In this document: positions 1 through 11,863 of the stretch, piece by piece
Position numbering within the stretch: position 1 is the first letter of the stretch
Layout of the letters: each line of letters starts with the position of its first letter
Position numbers and translations under genes: made by a program
Assembly: GCF_046119375.1 (NCBI RefSeq)
Contig: NW_027362767.1
Location: 51,584,001 to 51,648,000, forward strand
Length of the DNA: 64,000 nucleotides
Reading direction: 5' to 3'
Origin: Phyllobates terribilis
Lineage: Eukaryota
The notes under the pieces: model-generated
Seen by the model: the letters and a program-made list of their open reading frames with translations, nothing else
What the model was told of the DNA's origin: nothing
The model's database searches: none

Positions 1-315
1 CACCACGTCGTCTACAGGACGGTTTATGCTTTCTACATTTTTAATCGTCTGGTCAAAATTGAGTTGGAAAACCACGGACCTGTACACCAAGGTCATGTTA
101 TCCACTTCTGGCTTCTGCACTTTTTCCACCACCGAGTCGTTGGCCATTTTCCTAATCCCTGGAGACACGTGCATTCGGTTGTGCGGTTTCTCCACCTCCG
201 GGTCTTGCACAAAGTCATTTTTCTTTTGCTTGCCACTGTTCCACAACGCCAAGCCGCAGGCTATCACCACCAGAGCGAGGATGACGACTTTCCTCTTATA
301 TATTCGGCACCTCAT
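1..315 (-). CDS. MGAT2: alpha-1,6-mannosyl-glycoprotein 2-beta-N-acetylglucosaminyltransferase (GlcNAc-TII), N-terminal 105 codons; continues beyond the window start
   Basis: Manual translation from ATG 315: MRCRIYKRKVVILALVVIACGLALWNSGKQKKND...EVDNMTLVYRSVVFQLNFDQTIKNV, recognisably human MRFRIYKRKVLILTLVVAACGFVLW...ADNLTLRYRSLVYQLNFDQTLRNV. Same orientation downstream of LRR1 as in mammals. Not in the ORF track because no stop lies in the window. Confidence 0.96.
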   Translation of the reverse strand, partial: MRCRIYKRKVVILALVVIACGLALWNSGKQKKNDFVQDPEVEKPHNRMHVSPGIRKMANDSVVEKVQKPEVDNMTLVYRSVVFQLNFDQTIKNVESINRPVDDVV

Positions 316-1408
316 GATCCGCAGCAATTGGAGGGAAGGGAAAATGTTGGAAGAACACGCACAGGGCCGGCCTGTGGGATCTAAATCAAAGCCCAGACGG
401 AAACATTAAAAGAACAAATCTCTTTGGCTAACTCATCTTCCCATCTGATGAGGATATGAGTCGCGGCTCCAAGTGGGCGATCAGATGCATCTCTTATCCC
501 CCCAGCCTCGCATGTAGAGACTGAAGCAGAGCACCGGCTGGGATCAGGCTCCGCGCAGCATCTGCTACATAAGGACACACCGCTCTGTCCTCAACGCCGC
601 TCCCCCTGCAAAAGAAAGAGAACACAGTTATGCCTTAGAAAGAAAAGAATAAATGGACGTAGAAAAACACTGACCTACTGCACAAACTACATGGAGATCC
701 CACCGACAGGACACAGTCCGCTAACTGACCACGAGAGCAAACATCAGGGACGAACATCATGGGAAACAAGACCCCCCTTAATTTTAGAATGGTCTCTCCA
801 GAATGAAGATTAAAGAGGTCAATGGAAAGGAGAAACCACAGCCCCAAAGCAGAGAAGTCATGACTCAAGGACCGCACTAAGAAGGCTTTCTACACCCCAC
901 ACAAAGAGCAGAAAAGGGGATTTATAACAATAAAATCTGTCTTGCAGCAAAGAAAACTACGTGGATGAGAACGCTGCAGCTGATGGCTGTCCTCCACAGT
1001 GACGGCACCATGGTGCTCAGGGGAGAGATGATGACGGGGTCCGCACATCATTACTGAAGGTACACGATGATGGACGAGACCACCGGAGCAACAGTCCTCG
1101 AGCGGTGGGAGACTTCCCCTCTCATGTACAAGTCCGGGTGTCAGCACGGCGCCCTTGAGTTATGATTTGCACTGGTCTCGGGGCTGTGGTTGTGGCCTCT
1201 TCCTGCTTCATTCTCTAATTGTGGAATTCTCAGAAGACTGCACCTCTGATCCGGGGAAACACAGATCCATGATGTGCAAAACATTAACGGCTTCTGGGAC
1301 ATAAAAGTCTGCACCAGTTGGTGTTCATCTGAGAATGGCCACCGACACAGAAGATGCACAAAGGAGCTCGAGTAAAACGTCACTGTGTGCCCACAGATAA
1401 CCAGGGAC

Positions 1409-1552
1409 ATCACCTGTATATAGAGGTGTTATTAGTCATTGTACGGGAGGGAGAGGAGGTGAGCTGTGACATCACCTATTGTGAATGGTGGACCCTGTAT
1501 TATCAGTCATTGTACAGAAGGGGGAGGAGGTGAGCTGTGGCATCACTTACAG
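1409..1552. repeat. two degenerate ~70-bp units (GGAGGTGAGCTGTGACATCAC...TCAGTCATTGTAC)
   Basis: Direct repeat visible at ~1456 and ~1527. Confidence 0.6.
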
Positions 1553-1810
1553 TGAGCTATGCATATATGGATGTTAACTGACATTGTAATCCTGCCTGCG
1601 ATGATTATGAGACGGCTGGGAAGTGATCTTTGTAAGAAATATCTGTGTAACATGACGCTTAGTGAAAAGTGGATACAGCAACATATTGCACAGTTGAGTC
1701 AGGAGAAATGAACGATTGCAGGGCAATGTTACACTGTGGGCTCAAACCTGTGCCAAAACTACACATCCTATTATGCATTGCCAATGTGAGGAGTTGTAGT
1801 TTTAAGATAT

Positions 1811-2225
1811 AGAAAATAGTCAGCACTCCGCAGCTCATAAGTACTCGTTCGGTGGTGCACGTGGAAAGGTAGCATCATAGAAAGGAAAGAAATCCCGACA
1901 CTCACGTGTCGTCAATCAATCGTTTATTCCACATCAGTAAATCTGCAAAACGTTTCAGCTCCTCCCGACAACTGACAAAAGCTCGGAAGAAGCTGAAAAG
2001 TAGTTTTAAGATAGAATATAGTAGTAGGGAAGAAGAAGGGGGCACTCTTATTCTTTATTCAAACAATCAAAACACGGAGCTGGGGAAGAGAGTATCATGT
2101 TGAATGACGGCAGTTTCACGTCTCACTGACGCTTCAACGGATCCAGGTGAGACGTCAAGTGTTTTGTTTGAATAAAGAATAACGAAGAATTCTACGTGTG
2201 TCACCTTCTTCCCTACTCCCATATA
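1811..2225 (-). mobile_element. Penelope-like element relic with fold-back segments and a decayed hammerhead
   Basis: 10-bp direct repeat TTTAAGATAT at 1801-1810 and 2226-2235. Internal inverted repeats (~2050-2077 vs ~2159-2183; ~1968-2000). Hammerhead-like motif at 2099-2138. Confidence 0.6.
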
Positions 2226-2398
2226 TTTAAGATATGCTTCCTCCAGGTAGAGAACATGTCAGCCACAGTGTCGGCTGGCCGCAGGCGGTTACACCGGACG
2301 ACAGAGGTATGCCTAAGGTGAGGATAAAGGAAAGTAAAAGTCATCTGTGTTCTAGACATGGAGTTATCAGCTTCCTCTGGGAACAAGCATGTTGGCAA

Positions 2399-3536
2399 GA
2401 TTCCATCAGCAACCAGCAGATTAGCGAGTGCAGCTCTGGAGTATAATACACGATGTAACTCAGGATCAGTACAGGATCAGTAATGTAATGTATGTACACA
2501 GTGACTCCACCAGCAGAATAGTGAGTGCAGCTCTGGAGTATAATACAGGATGTAACTCAGGATCAGTACACGATCAGTAATGTAATGTATGTACACAGTG
2601 ACTCCACCCGCAGAATAGTGAGTGCAGCTCTGGAGTATAATACAGGATGTAACGCAGGATCAGTAATGTATGTACACAGTGAATGCACCAGCAGAATAGT
2701 GAGTGCAGCTCTGGAGTATAATACAGGATGTAACTCAGGATCAGTACAGGATCAGTAATGTAATGTATGTACACAGTGACTGCACCAGCAGAATAGTGAG
2801 TGCAGCTCTGGAGTATAATACAGGATGTAACTCAGGATCAGTAATGTAATGTCTGTACACAGTGACTGCACCAGCAGAATAGTGAATGCAGCTCTGGGGT
2901 ATAATACAGGATGTAACTCAGGATCAGTAATGTAATGTATGTATACAGTGACTGCACAAGCAGAATAGTGAGTGCAGCTCTGGAGTATAATACAGGATGT
3001 AACTCAGGATCAGTACAGGCTAAGTAATGTAATGTATGTACACAGTGACTGCACCAGCAGAAGAGTGAGTGCAGCTCTGGAGTATAATACAGGATGTAAC
3101 TCAGGATCAGTAATGTAATGTATGTACACAGTGACTCCACCAGCAGAATAGTGAGTGCAGCTCTGGAGTATAATACAGGAGGTAACTCAGGATCAGTAAT
3201 GTAAAGTATGTACACAGTGACTCCACCAGCAGAATAGTGAGTGCAGCTCTGGAGTATAATACAGGATGTAACTCAGGATCAGTAATGTAATGTATATACA
3301 CAGTGACTGCACCAGCAGAATAGTGAGTGCATCTCTGGAGTATAATACAGGATGTAACTCAGGATCAGTAATGTAATGTATGTACACAGTGACTGCACCA
3401 GCAGAATAGTGAATGCAGCTCTGGAGTATAATACAGGATGTAACTCAGGATCAGTACAGGCTAAGTAATGTAATGTATGTACACAGTGACTGCACCAGCA
3501 GAATAGTGAGTGCAGCTCTGGAGTAGAATACAGGAA
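2399..3536 (+). repeat. ~86-bp tandem repeat array 1 (~13 units)
   Basis: Unit GTAATGTAATGTATGTACACAGTGACTGCACCAGCAGAATAGTGAGTGCAGCTCTGGAGTATAATACAGGATGTAACTCAGGATCA, with an optional 11-bp GTACAGGATCA insert. Confidence 0.97.
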
Positions 3537-3679
3537 GCAGGCATGCTGGGAGTTGTAGTCCTGCAGCCACACGGTCCTGGGGGGCGCTCACCCATAAAAC
3601 CACAACCTTGGCAATGGGGGGGGGGGGGGGGGGAGTACAGAGCTGAGCCCCGGAGACACTTCCTCCAGCCCAGAGAGGA

Positions 3680-4130
3680 TGCAGTGGATTTCCCCGGGTG
3701 TCTGGGACGTCGTCCACACAGAGCTCGTGTATTCCGGTCACAGACAGCAGAGGAGGCCGAGGGAAAGCAGAAAACAACGACCCTCATCGTGCTCGCCTCA
3801 GCCCGCACAGCAGCCACACTGCACACAACGGTCCCATGACGTCATCACAGAGACCTCACACGTAACGGGCGGGACACCGGAACCCCGCCTCCTCCCGCCC
3901 GGTCCCGCGGTCATCTCCTCACCTGAGACTCCCGCTGCCGCCGTGCTGTCAGCTCTGTGCCTGTGTCCCCCCCACCCCGAGCTCCCTGACCCAGCGTCTC
4001 CGGACCCGCCTGCTCACCAAGCTCATTCGCTCTCAGACGTCGTGACGTGCCGCTGCGGATTGGGAGACACTAAACTGTTATCAGCTGTGGGTAGAAAAGG
4101 GTTAATTCACCATGGTAAAAGCTGATTGGA
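3680..4130 (-). promoter_or_regulatory. MGAT2: CpG-rich promoter and putative non-coding first exon (~4050-3923) of MGAT2
   Basis: High CpG density, full CRE TGACGTCA 3837-3844, GC boxes, CCAAT near 4125 and a minus-strand donor CAG|GTGAGG at 3923/3922. A matching strong acceptor (ttctctttcttttgcag) lies at 606/605. Confidence 0.65.
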
Positions 4131-6265
4131 CCAGACTCGGGAAGAAGTTCTCACATTAGCCAATGAGGGCTCAGAACTGGGACAAAAGCTTTCCAATGGG
4201 AGATTTTGTTGCGAAATTGGGGGAGGAGTTATAAACGCGACTAACTTATTAGAACACTCGCTGGTTGGACGGGATAACCAATAAACCAGTGTGAAAGGGT
4301 TTAAGAAGGCGGGACTAGTGTGACATGACAGGACAAGCAGCGAATATAAACAGGTATAGCATTAACAGGGCGTTTTTTTTTGTTTTTAGGAAACAGGTGA
4401 AAGAGGGTTGTCAGCGAGACACGTATATGAGACTAATGGTGTAAGCGAATAACAGGGGCTTCGACAAAATGGCGTCCTGATAAGCTAGAGGGTGGGCAAA
4501 TGGATGAAGTTTTTGTTGCCCGTAGCAACCAATCACAGTACAGCTTTCATTTTCCGGGAGCACATATAGAAATAAAAGCTGTGCTGTGATTGGACAACAA
4601 ATGCAGCTTTATTTTAGGCAGCCATTATTTGGATTGTGTGGCAGAGAAAGCCTATAGCCAACAGCGAAGAAAGTCTGACCTGTTTTTGGGACATCACATG
4701 ACCCCTTTAATTTTGCAGAAACAATGCTGCAGTGTAAAGCATAGCAGAAAGAGAAAGCAGCAGTTTTGAGCCTCTGATGAGTCAGGGAAATGTTTCAATA
4801 GAACATTCCTTGTATTTTCCGCTCCTGCTGCCAATTAGTATTAAATACTGTTTGCAGGGCAAATCCAAGGGTGATTCTGCTAATGTATGACAAACCCAAC
4901 CTGCTCCAGACATGTTACCAATATGTATATAACAGCGCAGACAAGCATTTACATAATTAAACATCCTGGAGCTGTGTGCACTTCCCCTGACAAGGAAGTT
5001 TAGATGTAACGCACAGTACCCCATGTGTAAAGTGTGAGCCCGGGCACTGGTTATAGTCATGGGGTCATCCAGGATTGTAAAAAAAAAAAAAAAAAAAAAA
5101 AACAACTCCTCCAAAAATAGCACCACCCTTGTATGTGGTTTTGTCTGGCACTGCAGCCACGCTCCATTAAACTGAATAGGGATTTGCAGCTGCAAAACTG
5201 CAGCATATGTAGGGTTAAAGGGAATTAAATTAATGGGGACCTGCAGCCAAATCCAAACTTTAAAGGGCTACTCTGCCATACTTTATATAGAACATTAGCC
5301 CTTTATAAAGGAAATTATTCAGCATATTTTTATCCATGGAAGCAGTGCATAGGTTGCATAGGTAATGCTTCATGTATTTATGTAAATCAGGCTGGAAGTG
5401 CACAGGGGGCGTTGCTGCGCCTGGACAGGTGAGAGCAGGAGAGTTTAGCTTACTATGAGCCTGGAAGGTAGTCCTTATTGGCAATGGGAAGGAATAATAA
5501 ATCTTCATGTACAGGACAGATAGCAGCCACAGTGTGGACGGTTCCAAACTACATAGACGGGTTTTATGCCACTCTGACCTCATTTACATGTCCATTTTTC
5601 CCTGGTGCCTATTATAATCTATGGGACTGTTCACATCTCCGTGTATTTTGCAGACCGGGTGGTCAGTAACCAATCAGAGTCAGGATTCATATTCATCCAA
5701 ACCACAGATCAAAACTTGGCAATAAAAATCTATGGGTCTGGGAGGGGGAGAAAAATAAAATAAAAAATAGGACAGCGTGTGGACGCCGTATATATGCAGT
5801 CTGTTTCTTACTGACCGATAGGAGAAGCCGTCAGTTTGTTACATATAAATAAATAATAATAATAAAAAAAAAAAGATTACACTCCGAGGATAAAAGCGGC
5901 GGCTGACCAAACACTGATGAGAATCGGGCAGTTTTATTGCATATGAGAAAAAATCACCAAGGTTTGATTGAGGCCTTAGGTTATGTCCACACAAGACGCA
6001 TCCACTGTGGACTTTTCCAAGCGGCAAAATTCCCATCAATGTTTGGATCTCATTGTAAAAATTCTGCGATTATCTTCCTCATGAAAACACGGATGTGTGA
6101 ATCTGGGCTATAGGACAGTATGAAACAGTAGCACCATACTGCGATCTCTAGGCGAAAACTATTATTCTTTTTCTTGACCAGTATATACCACACAAAAGGT
6201 TTTGTAAAATCGCTACACCCTCCCAATATATCATCACAGTACGGCCAGCTGCGATGGGGGAGGGG

Positions 6266-8604
6266 GAGCTCTGGGGTAAAATATAGGATGTAACTCAGGA
6301 TCAGTAATGTAATGTATGTACACAGTGACTGCACCAGCAGAATAGTGAGTGCAGCTCTGGAGTATAATACAGGATGTAACTCAGGATCAGCACAGGATCA
6401 GTAATGTATTGTATGTACACAGTGACTGCACCAGCAGAATAGTGAGTGCAGCTCTGGAGTATAATACAGGATGTAACTCAGGATCAGTACAGGATCAGTA
6501 ATGTAATGTATGTACACAGTGACTGCACCAGCAGAATAGTGAGTGCAGCTCTGGAGTATACTACAGGATGTAACTCAGGATCAGTAATGTAATGTATGTA
6601 CACAGTGACTGCACCAGCAGAATAGTGAGTGCAGCTCTGGAGTATAATACAGGATGTAACTCTGGATCAGTACAGGATCAGTAATGTATGTACACAGTGA
6701 CTGCACCAGCAGAATAGTGAGTGCAGCTCTGGAGTATAATACAGGATGTAACTCTGGATCAGTACAGGATCAGTAATGTATGTACACAGTGACTGCACCA
6801 GCAGAATAGTGAGTGCAGCTCTGGAGTACAATACAGGATGTAACTCAGGATCAGTAATGTATGTACAGTGACTGCACCAGCAGAATAGTGAGTGCAGCTC
6901 TGGAGTATAATACAGGATGTAACTCAGGATCAGTAATGTATGTACACAGTGACTGCACCAGCAGAATAGTGAGTGCAGCTCTGGAGTATAATACAGGATG
7001 TAACTCAGGATCAGTAATGTAAGGTATGTACACAGTGACTGCACCAGCAGAATAGTGAGTGCAGCTCTGGGGTATAATACAGGATGTAACTCAGGATCAG
7101 TAATGTAATGTATGTACACAGTGACTGCACCAGCAGAATAGTGAGTGCAGCTCTGGAGTAGAATACAGGATGTAACTCAGGATCAGTAATGTAAGGTATG
7201 TACACAGTGACTGCACCAGCAGAATAGTGAGTGCAGCTCTGGAGTATAATACAGGATGTAACTCAGGATCAGCACAGGATCAGTAATGTATTGTATGTAC
7301 ACAGAGACTGCACCAGCAGAATAGTGAGTGCAGCTCTGGAGTATACTACAGGATGTAACTCAGGATCAGTACAGGATCATTAATGTAATGTATGTACACA
7401 GTGACTGCACCAGCAGAATAGTGAGTGCAGCTCTGGGGTATAATACAGGATGTAACTCAGGATCAGTAATGTATGTACACAGTGACTGCACCAGCAGAAT
7501 AGTGAGTGCAGCTCTGGGGTATAATACAGGATGTAACTCAGGATCAGTAATGTATGTACACAGTGACTGCACCACCAGAATAGTGAGTGCAGCTCTGGAG
7601 TATAATACAGGATGTAACTCAGGATCAGTACAGGATCAGTAATGTAATGTATGTACACAGTGACTGCACCAGCAGAATAGTGAGTGCAGCTCTGGAGTAT
7701 AATACAGGATGTAACTCAGGATCAGTAATGTAATATATGTACACAGTGACTGCACCAGCAGAATAGTGAGTGCAGCTCTGGAGTATAATACAGGATGTAA
7801 CTCAGGATCAGCACAGGATCAGTAATGTAATGTATGTACACAGTGACTGCACCAGCAGAATAGTGAGTGCAGCTCTGGAGTAGGATGTAACTCAGGATCA
7901 GTAATGTAATGTATGTACACAGTGACTGCACCAGCAGAATAGTGAGTGCAGCTCTGGAGTATAATACAGGATGTAACTCAGGATCAGTACCGGATCAGTA
8001 ATGTATGTACACAGTGACTGCACCAGCAGAATAGTGAGTGCAGCTCTGGAGTATAATACAGGATGTAACTCAGGATCAGTACAGGGTCAGTAATGTAATG
8101 TATGTACATAGTGACTGCACCAGCAGAATAGTGAGTGCAGCTCTGGAGTATAATACAGGATGTAACGCAGGATCAGTAATGTAATGTATGTACACAGTGA
8201 CTGCACCAGCAGAATAGTGAGTGCATCTCTGGAGTATAATACAGAATGTAACTCAGGATCAGTAATGTATGTACACAGTGACTGCACCAGCAGAATAGTG
8301 AGTGCAGCTCTGGAGTATAATACAGGATGTAACTCAGGATCAGTAATGTAATGTATGTACACAGTGAGTGCAGCTCTGGAGTATAATACAGGATGTAACT
8401 CAGGATCAGTAATGTAATGTATGTACACAGTGACTGCACCAGCAGAATAGTGAGTGCAGCTCTGGAGTATACTACAGGATGTAACTCAGGATCAGTACAG
8501 GATCAGTAATGTAATGTATGTACACAGTGACTGCACCAGCAGAATAGTGAGTGCAGCTCTGGAGTATAATACAGGATGTAACTCAGGATCAGTAATGTAA
8601 TGTA
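6266..8604 (+). repeat. ~86-bp tandem repeat array 2, left part (~26 units)
   Basis: Same unit as array 1. Confidence 0.97.
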
Positions 8605-9763
8605 CAGGTGCATCTCACTAAATTAGAGTATCAAAAAGTTAATTTATTTCAGTTCTTCAATGCAAAAAGTGAAACTCATTATATAGAGTCATTACAGAGT
8701 GATCTATTTCAAGTGTTTATTTCTGTTAATGTTGATGATTACGGCTTACAGCCAATGAATACACAAAAGTCATTATCTCAGTAAATTAGAATTATTAACA
8801 AAAAACACCTGCAAAGGCTTCCTAAGCCTTTAAAAAGGTCCCTTAGTCTGTTTCAGTAGGCATGTTTCATGGGGAAGACTGCTGAGTTGACAGATGTCCA
8901 GAAGGAAGCTATTGACACTAAAGCAAATGCAAAGTAAATTTTGCATTTCATTTGGAAATCAAGGTCCCAGAGTCTGGAGGAAGAGTGGAGAGGCCACAAT
9001 CCAAGCAGCTGGAGGTCTAGTGTGAAGTTTCCACAATCAGTGATGGTTTGGGGGGCCATGTCATCTGCTGGTGTAGGTCCACTGTGTTTTATCAAGACCA
9101 AAGTCAGTGCAGCCGTCTACCAGGACATTGTAGAGCACTTCATGCTTCCCTCTGCCGACAAGCTTTTTGGAGATGGAAATGTCATTCTCCAGCAGGACTT
9201 GGCCCTTGTCCACACTGACAAAAGTACCAATACCTGGTTTACACACAACAGTATCACTGTGCTTGATTGGCCAGAAAACTCGCCTGACCTTAACCCCATA
9301 GAGAATCTATTATAGAGAATCTATGGAGTATTGTCAAGAAGAAGATGAGAGACACCAGACCCAACAATGCAGACGAGCTGAAGGCTGCTATCAAAGCCAC
9401 CTGGGCTTCCATAACACCTCAGCAGTGCCACAGGCTGATCGCCTCCATGCCACATTGCCGCATTGATGCAGTAATTGATGCAAAAGGAGCCCGACCAAGT
9501 ATTGAGGGCATTTACTGAACATACATTTCAGATTTTAAAAACCTTTTTCAAGCCGTTATAAAGTATTCTAATTTACTGAGATAATGACTTTTGTGTTTTC
9601 ATTGGCTGTAAGCCATAATCATCAACATTAACAGAAATAAACACATGAAATAGATCCCTCTGTGTGTAATGACTCTATATTATATAGGAGTTTCACTTTT
9701 TGTATTGAAAAACTGAAATAGAATATCATCAAAAAGTTAATTTAATTTCGTCAGATGCACCTG
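8605..9763 (+). mobile_element. Tc1-family DNA transposon, internally deleted, inserted into the satellite
   Basis: TA TSD at 8603-8604 and 9764-9765. TIRs CAGGTGCATCT...AGATGCACCTG, ~200 bp long. Transposase fragment VKFPQSVMVWGAMSSAGVGPLCF...QQDLA...WPENSPDLNPIENL (8941-9315), interrupted after NPIENL and lacking the N-terminal DNA-binding region. Confidence 0.93.
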
Positions 9764-10283
9764 TATGTACACAGACTGCACCACCAGAATAGTGAGTGCA
9801 GCTCTGGAGTAGAATACAGGATGTAACTCAGGATCAGTACAGGATCAGTAATGTAATGTATGTACACAGTGACTGCACCACCAGAATAGCGAGTGCAGCT
9901 CTGGAGTATAATACAGGATGTAACTCAGGATCAGTAATGTAATGTATGTGCACAGAGACTGCACCAGCAGAATAGTGAGTGCAGCTCTGGAGTATAATAC
10001 AGGATGTAACTCAGGATCAGTAATGTAATGTATGTGCACAGAGACTGCACCAGCAGAATAGTGAGTGCAGCTCTGGAGTATAATACAGGATGTAACTCAG
10101 GATCAGTAATGTAATGTATGTGCACAGAGACTGCACCAGCAGAATAGTGAGTGCAGCTCTGGAGTATAATACAGGATGTAACTCAGGATCAGTACAGGGT
10201 CAGTAATGTAATGTATGTACATAGTGACTGCACCAGCAGAATAGTGAGTGCAGCTCTGGAGTATAATGCAGGATGTGATTTAG
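9764..10283 (+). repeat. ~86-bp tandem repeat array 2, right part (~6 units)
   Basis: Resumes in register after the Tc1 (AATG-TA|element|TA-TGTACAC). Confidence 0.95.
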
Positions 10284-10790
10284 GATGGGGGAGGGGGCGG
10301 CTTCCTGCCTGGTGTTATTTTAGGTCGCGTGTTACTTTCGATATGAATGACACTCACCCCAATGTAAATGAGGGCAGCCAGAAATGTAAAGCGTTCATGT
10401 CCTGCAGTCTCAGCAGCTGCTATGAGGGTGAAGAAATTTAGAGAAATGGGAAATTATTTCATTTCAGCTACAGTTCATTTATGGCAGAGAAGTAAAGTGT
10501 CCGCTGTCGCTGGTATTTGTGACACTGACAGCTGCTGCCATTATTGCTGCCATCTGCCATTGAGCTGCTTCTCCTGTTCACCCTGAACCAGCGACGTGGG
10601 TCTGATTTAGTTGTAAAGTTCCACAATACAGCGAGAGAGAGCTCAGAGGAGACCCCCAGAAACTATGGCCGTACAGAAATGTCTCGCACTGAGCGTGCCC
10701 GTTGATCCTGGAAGGGGCGCACAACCCCCCCCCCCCCCCCCCAAAAAAAATATAAATTTCTAAAAACAGGTTCAATAAATAAAAGTAAAA

Positions 10791-10796
10791 TTTATT
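10791..10796 (-). terminator. LRR1: candidate LRR1 polyadenylation signal AATAAA
   Basis: AATAAA ~1.07 kb after the stop, followed by U-rich TTTTACTTTTATTTATTG on the minus strand. No transcript data. Confidence 0.5.
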
Positions 10797-11863
10797 ACAA
10801 TTTAAAAATATTCTAACTTTCCATTAGTACGCGTCCAGGTGATGTCACGAGTCTGAACTGATCATTATTCTGTTAACCCTTTACACAAGGTGATAAGACT
10901 TACGATGGCTGAGGCACGTCTACTGAAGTATAGGCAACGGTGTATTCTCCCATCCCCCAGAAATTAGATATGGGTGAAGCATAATGCCCCATGCTTCTAC
11001 AAAAAAAACCATAATCCACCTGACCGAACATCATCTGGTACATTCCCCATATATAGCATCTGGTAACAGTAACCATGTAGTCCATGTACACCACAGCACC
11101 CAATTTACTGCTTACAGCAACCATGTACAGCCTGGGACAAGAGTTAAGCCTCCCCCATACAAATGTTGGCTGCACCCGCCGATGTTAGCAGGTTCAGCCG
11201 ATGATTATTGTGTATGGGGGGAGCGACTGACTGATAGTCGGGGAAGGTGTCGCTTGGGGTTGTGCAATTTCGGACTGCCGATTGCTTTGTTCTCCTGGAG
11301 ATGGGAATAACCCTTTAAGAACCTGACAGAGCTCTAAGAATGCAATGAGCTTCTCCATGTGCGAGACCAAACACAGCTACAAACCATTCAAGTGGTTAAT
11401 AGGAACTGAGGGTAAAGCAACTTCACTATGTGTACGATATGCCATGTGCAGGGCATGAACCCCCTGTCCTGACGCCCCCTCAGGTCCTGCACTAGGTATG
11501 AGGCATTCTGGAATAAAAATGCACCGGTATGTTTTGTGCCCACGGTGCACAACTGAAGTCTCTTGTACCGCAACTTTACAAACTATTTACGGCCGCTTGA
11601 GGTGTGACATCTTATAAGTAGCCAGTGTGACTTTCCTTTTGGAAAACTATATCTTGCATTGCTTGCAGCAGGGGGGTCATGACATGCTGGGGCCTGTAGT
11701 CCGTCACCACTGCTCTATATAATACATTTCTTGCACTCTTCTGACTCTGAAGCAGCTTGTCTATTCATTATGTATCAGGGCCGCTGCCAAGGCACCATGC
11801 TCTGCGATAGCAATGCTCAGGGAGCAGATTGTGAGACAGATCTGGGGTGGGCAGCTCCTCACT

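Noticed and set aside
26-409. Plus-strand ORFs 26-409 and 64-384
   Set aside because: Antisense shadows of the MGAT2 CDS.
2399-3536. Satellite as a CRISPR array or a hammerhead-containing retrozyme
   Set aside because: No unique spacers or cas genes, and the DNA is eukaryotic. Neither strand of the unit has the CUGAnGA plus GAAA core, although small hairpins exist.
3451-4125. 100-150-aa ORFs over the CpG island
   Set aside because: Low stop frequency in GC-rich DNA; no recognisable protein, and they run into homopolymer or satellite sequence.
2525-10125. Many repeated ORFs such as MYIHYITDPELHPVLYSRAALTILLVQSLC and MQLWSIIQDVTQDQY (also at 41032-41558)
   Set aside because: They are translations of the 86-bp satellite; frames shift with unit indels and there is no gene context.
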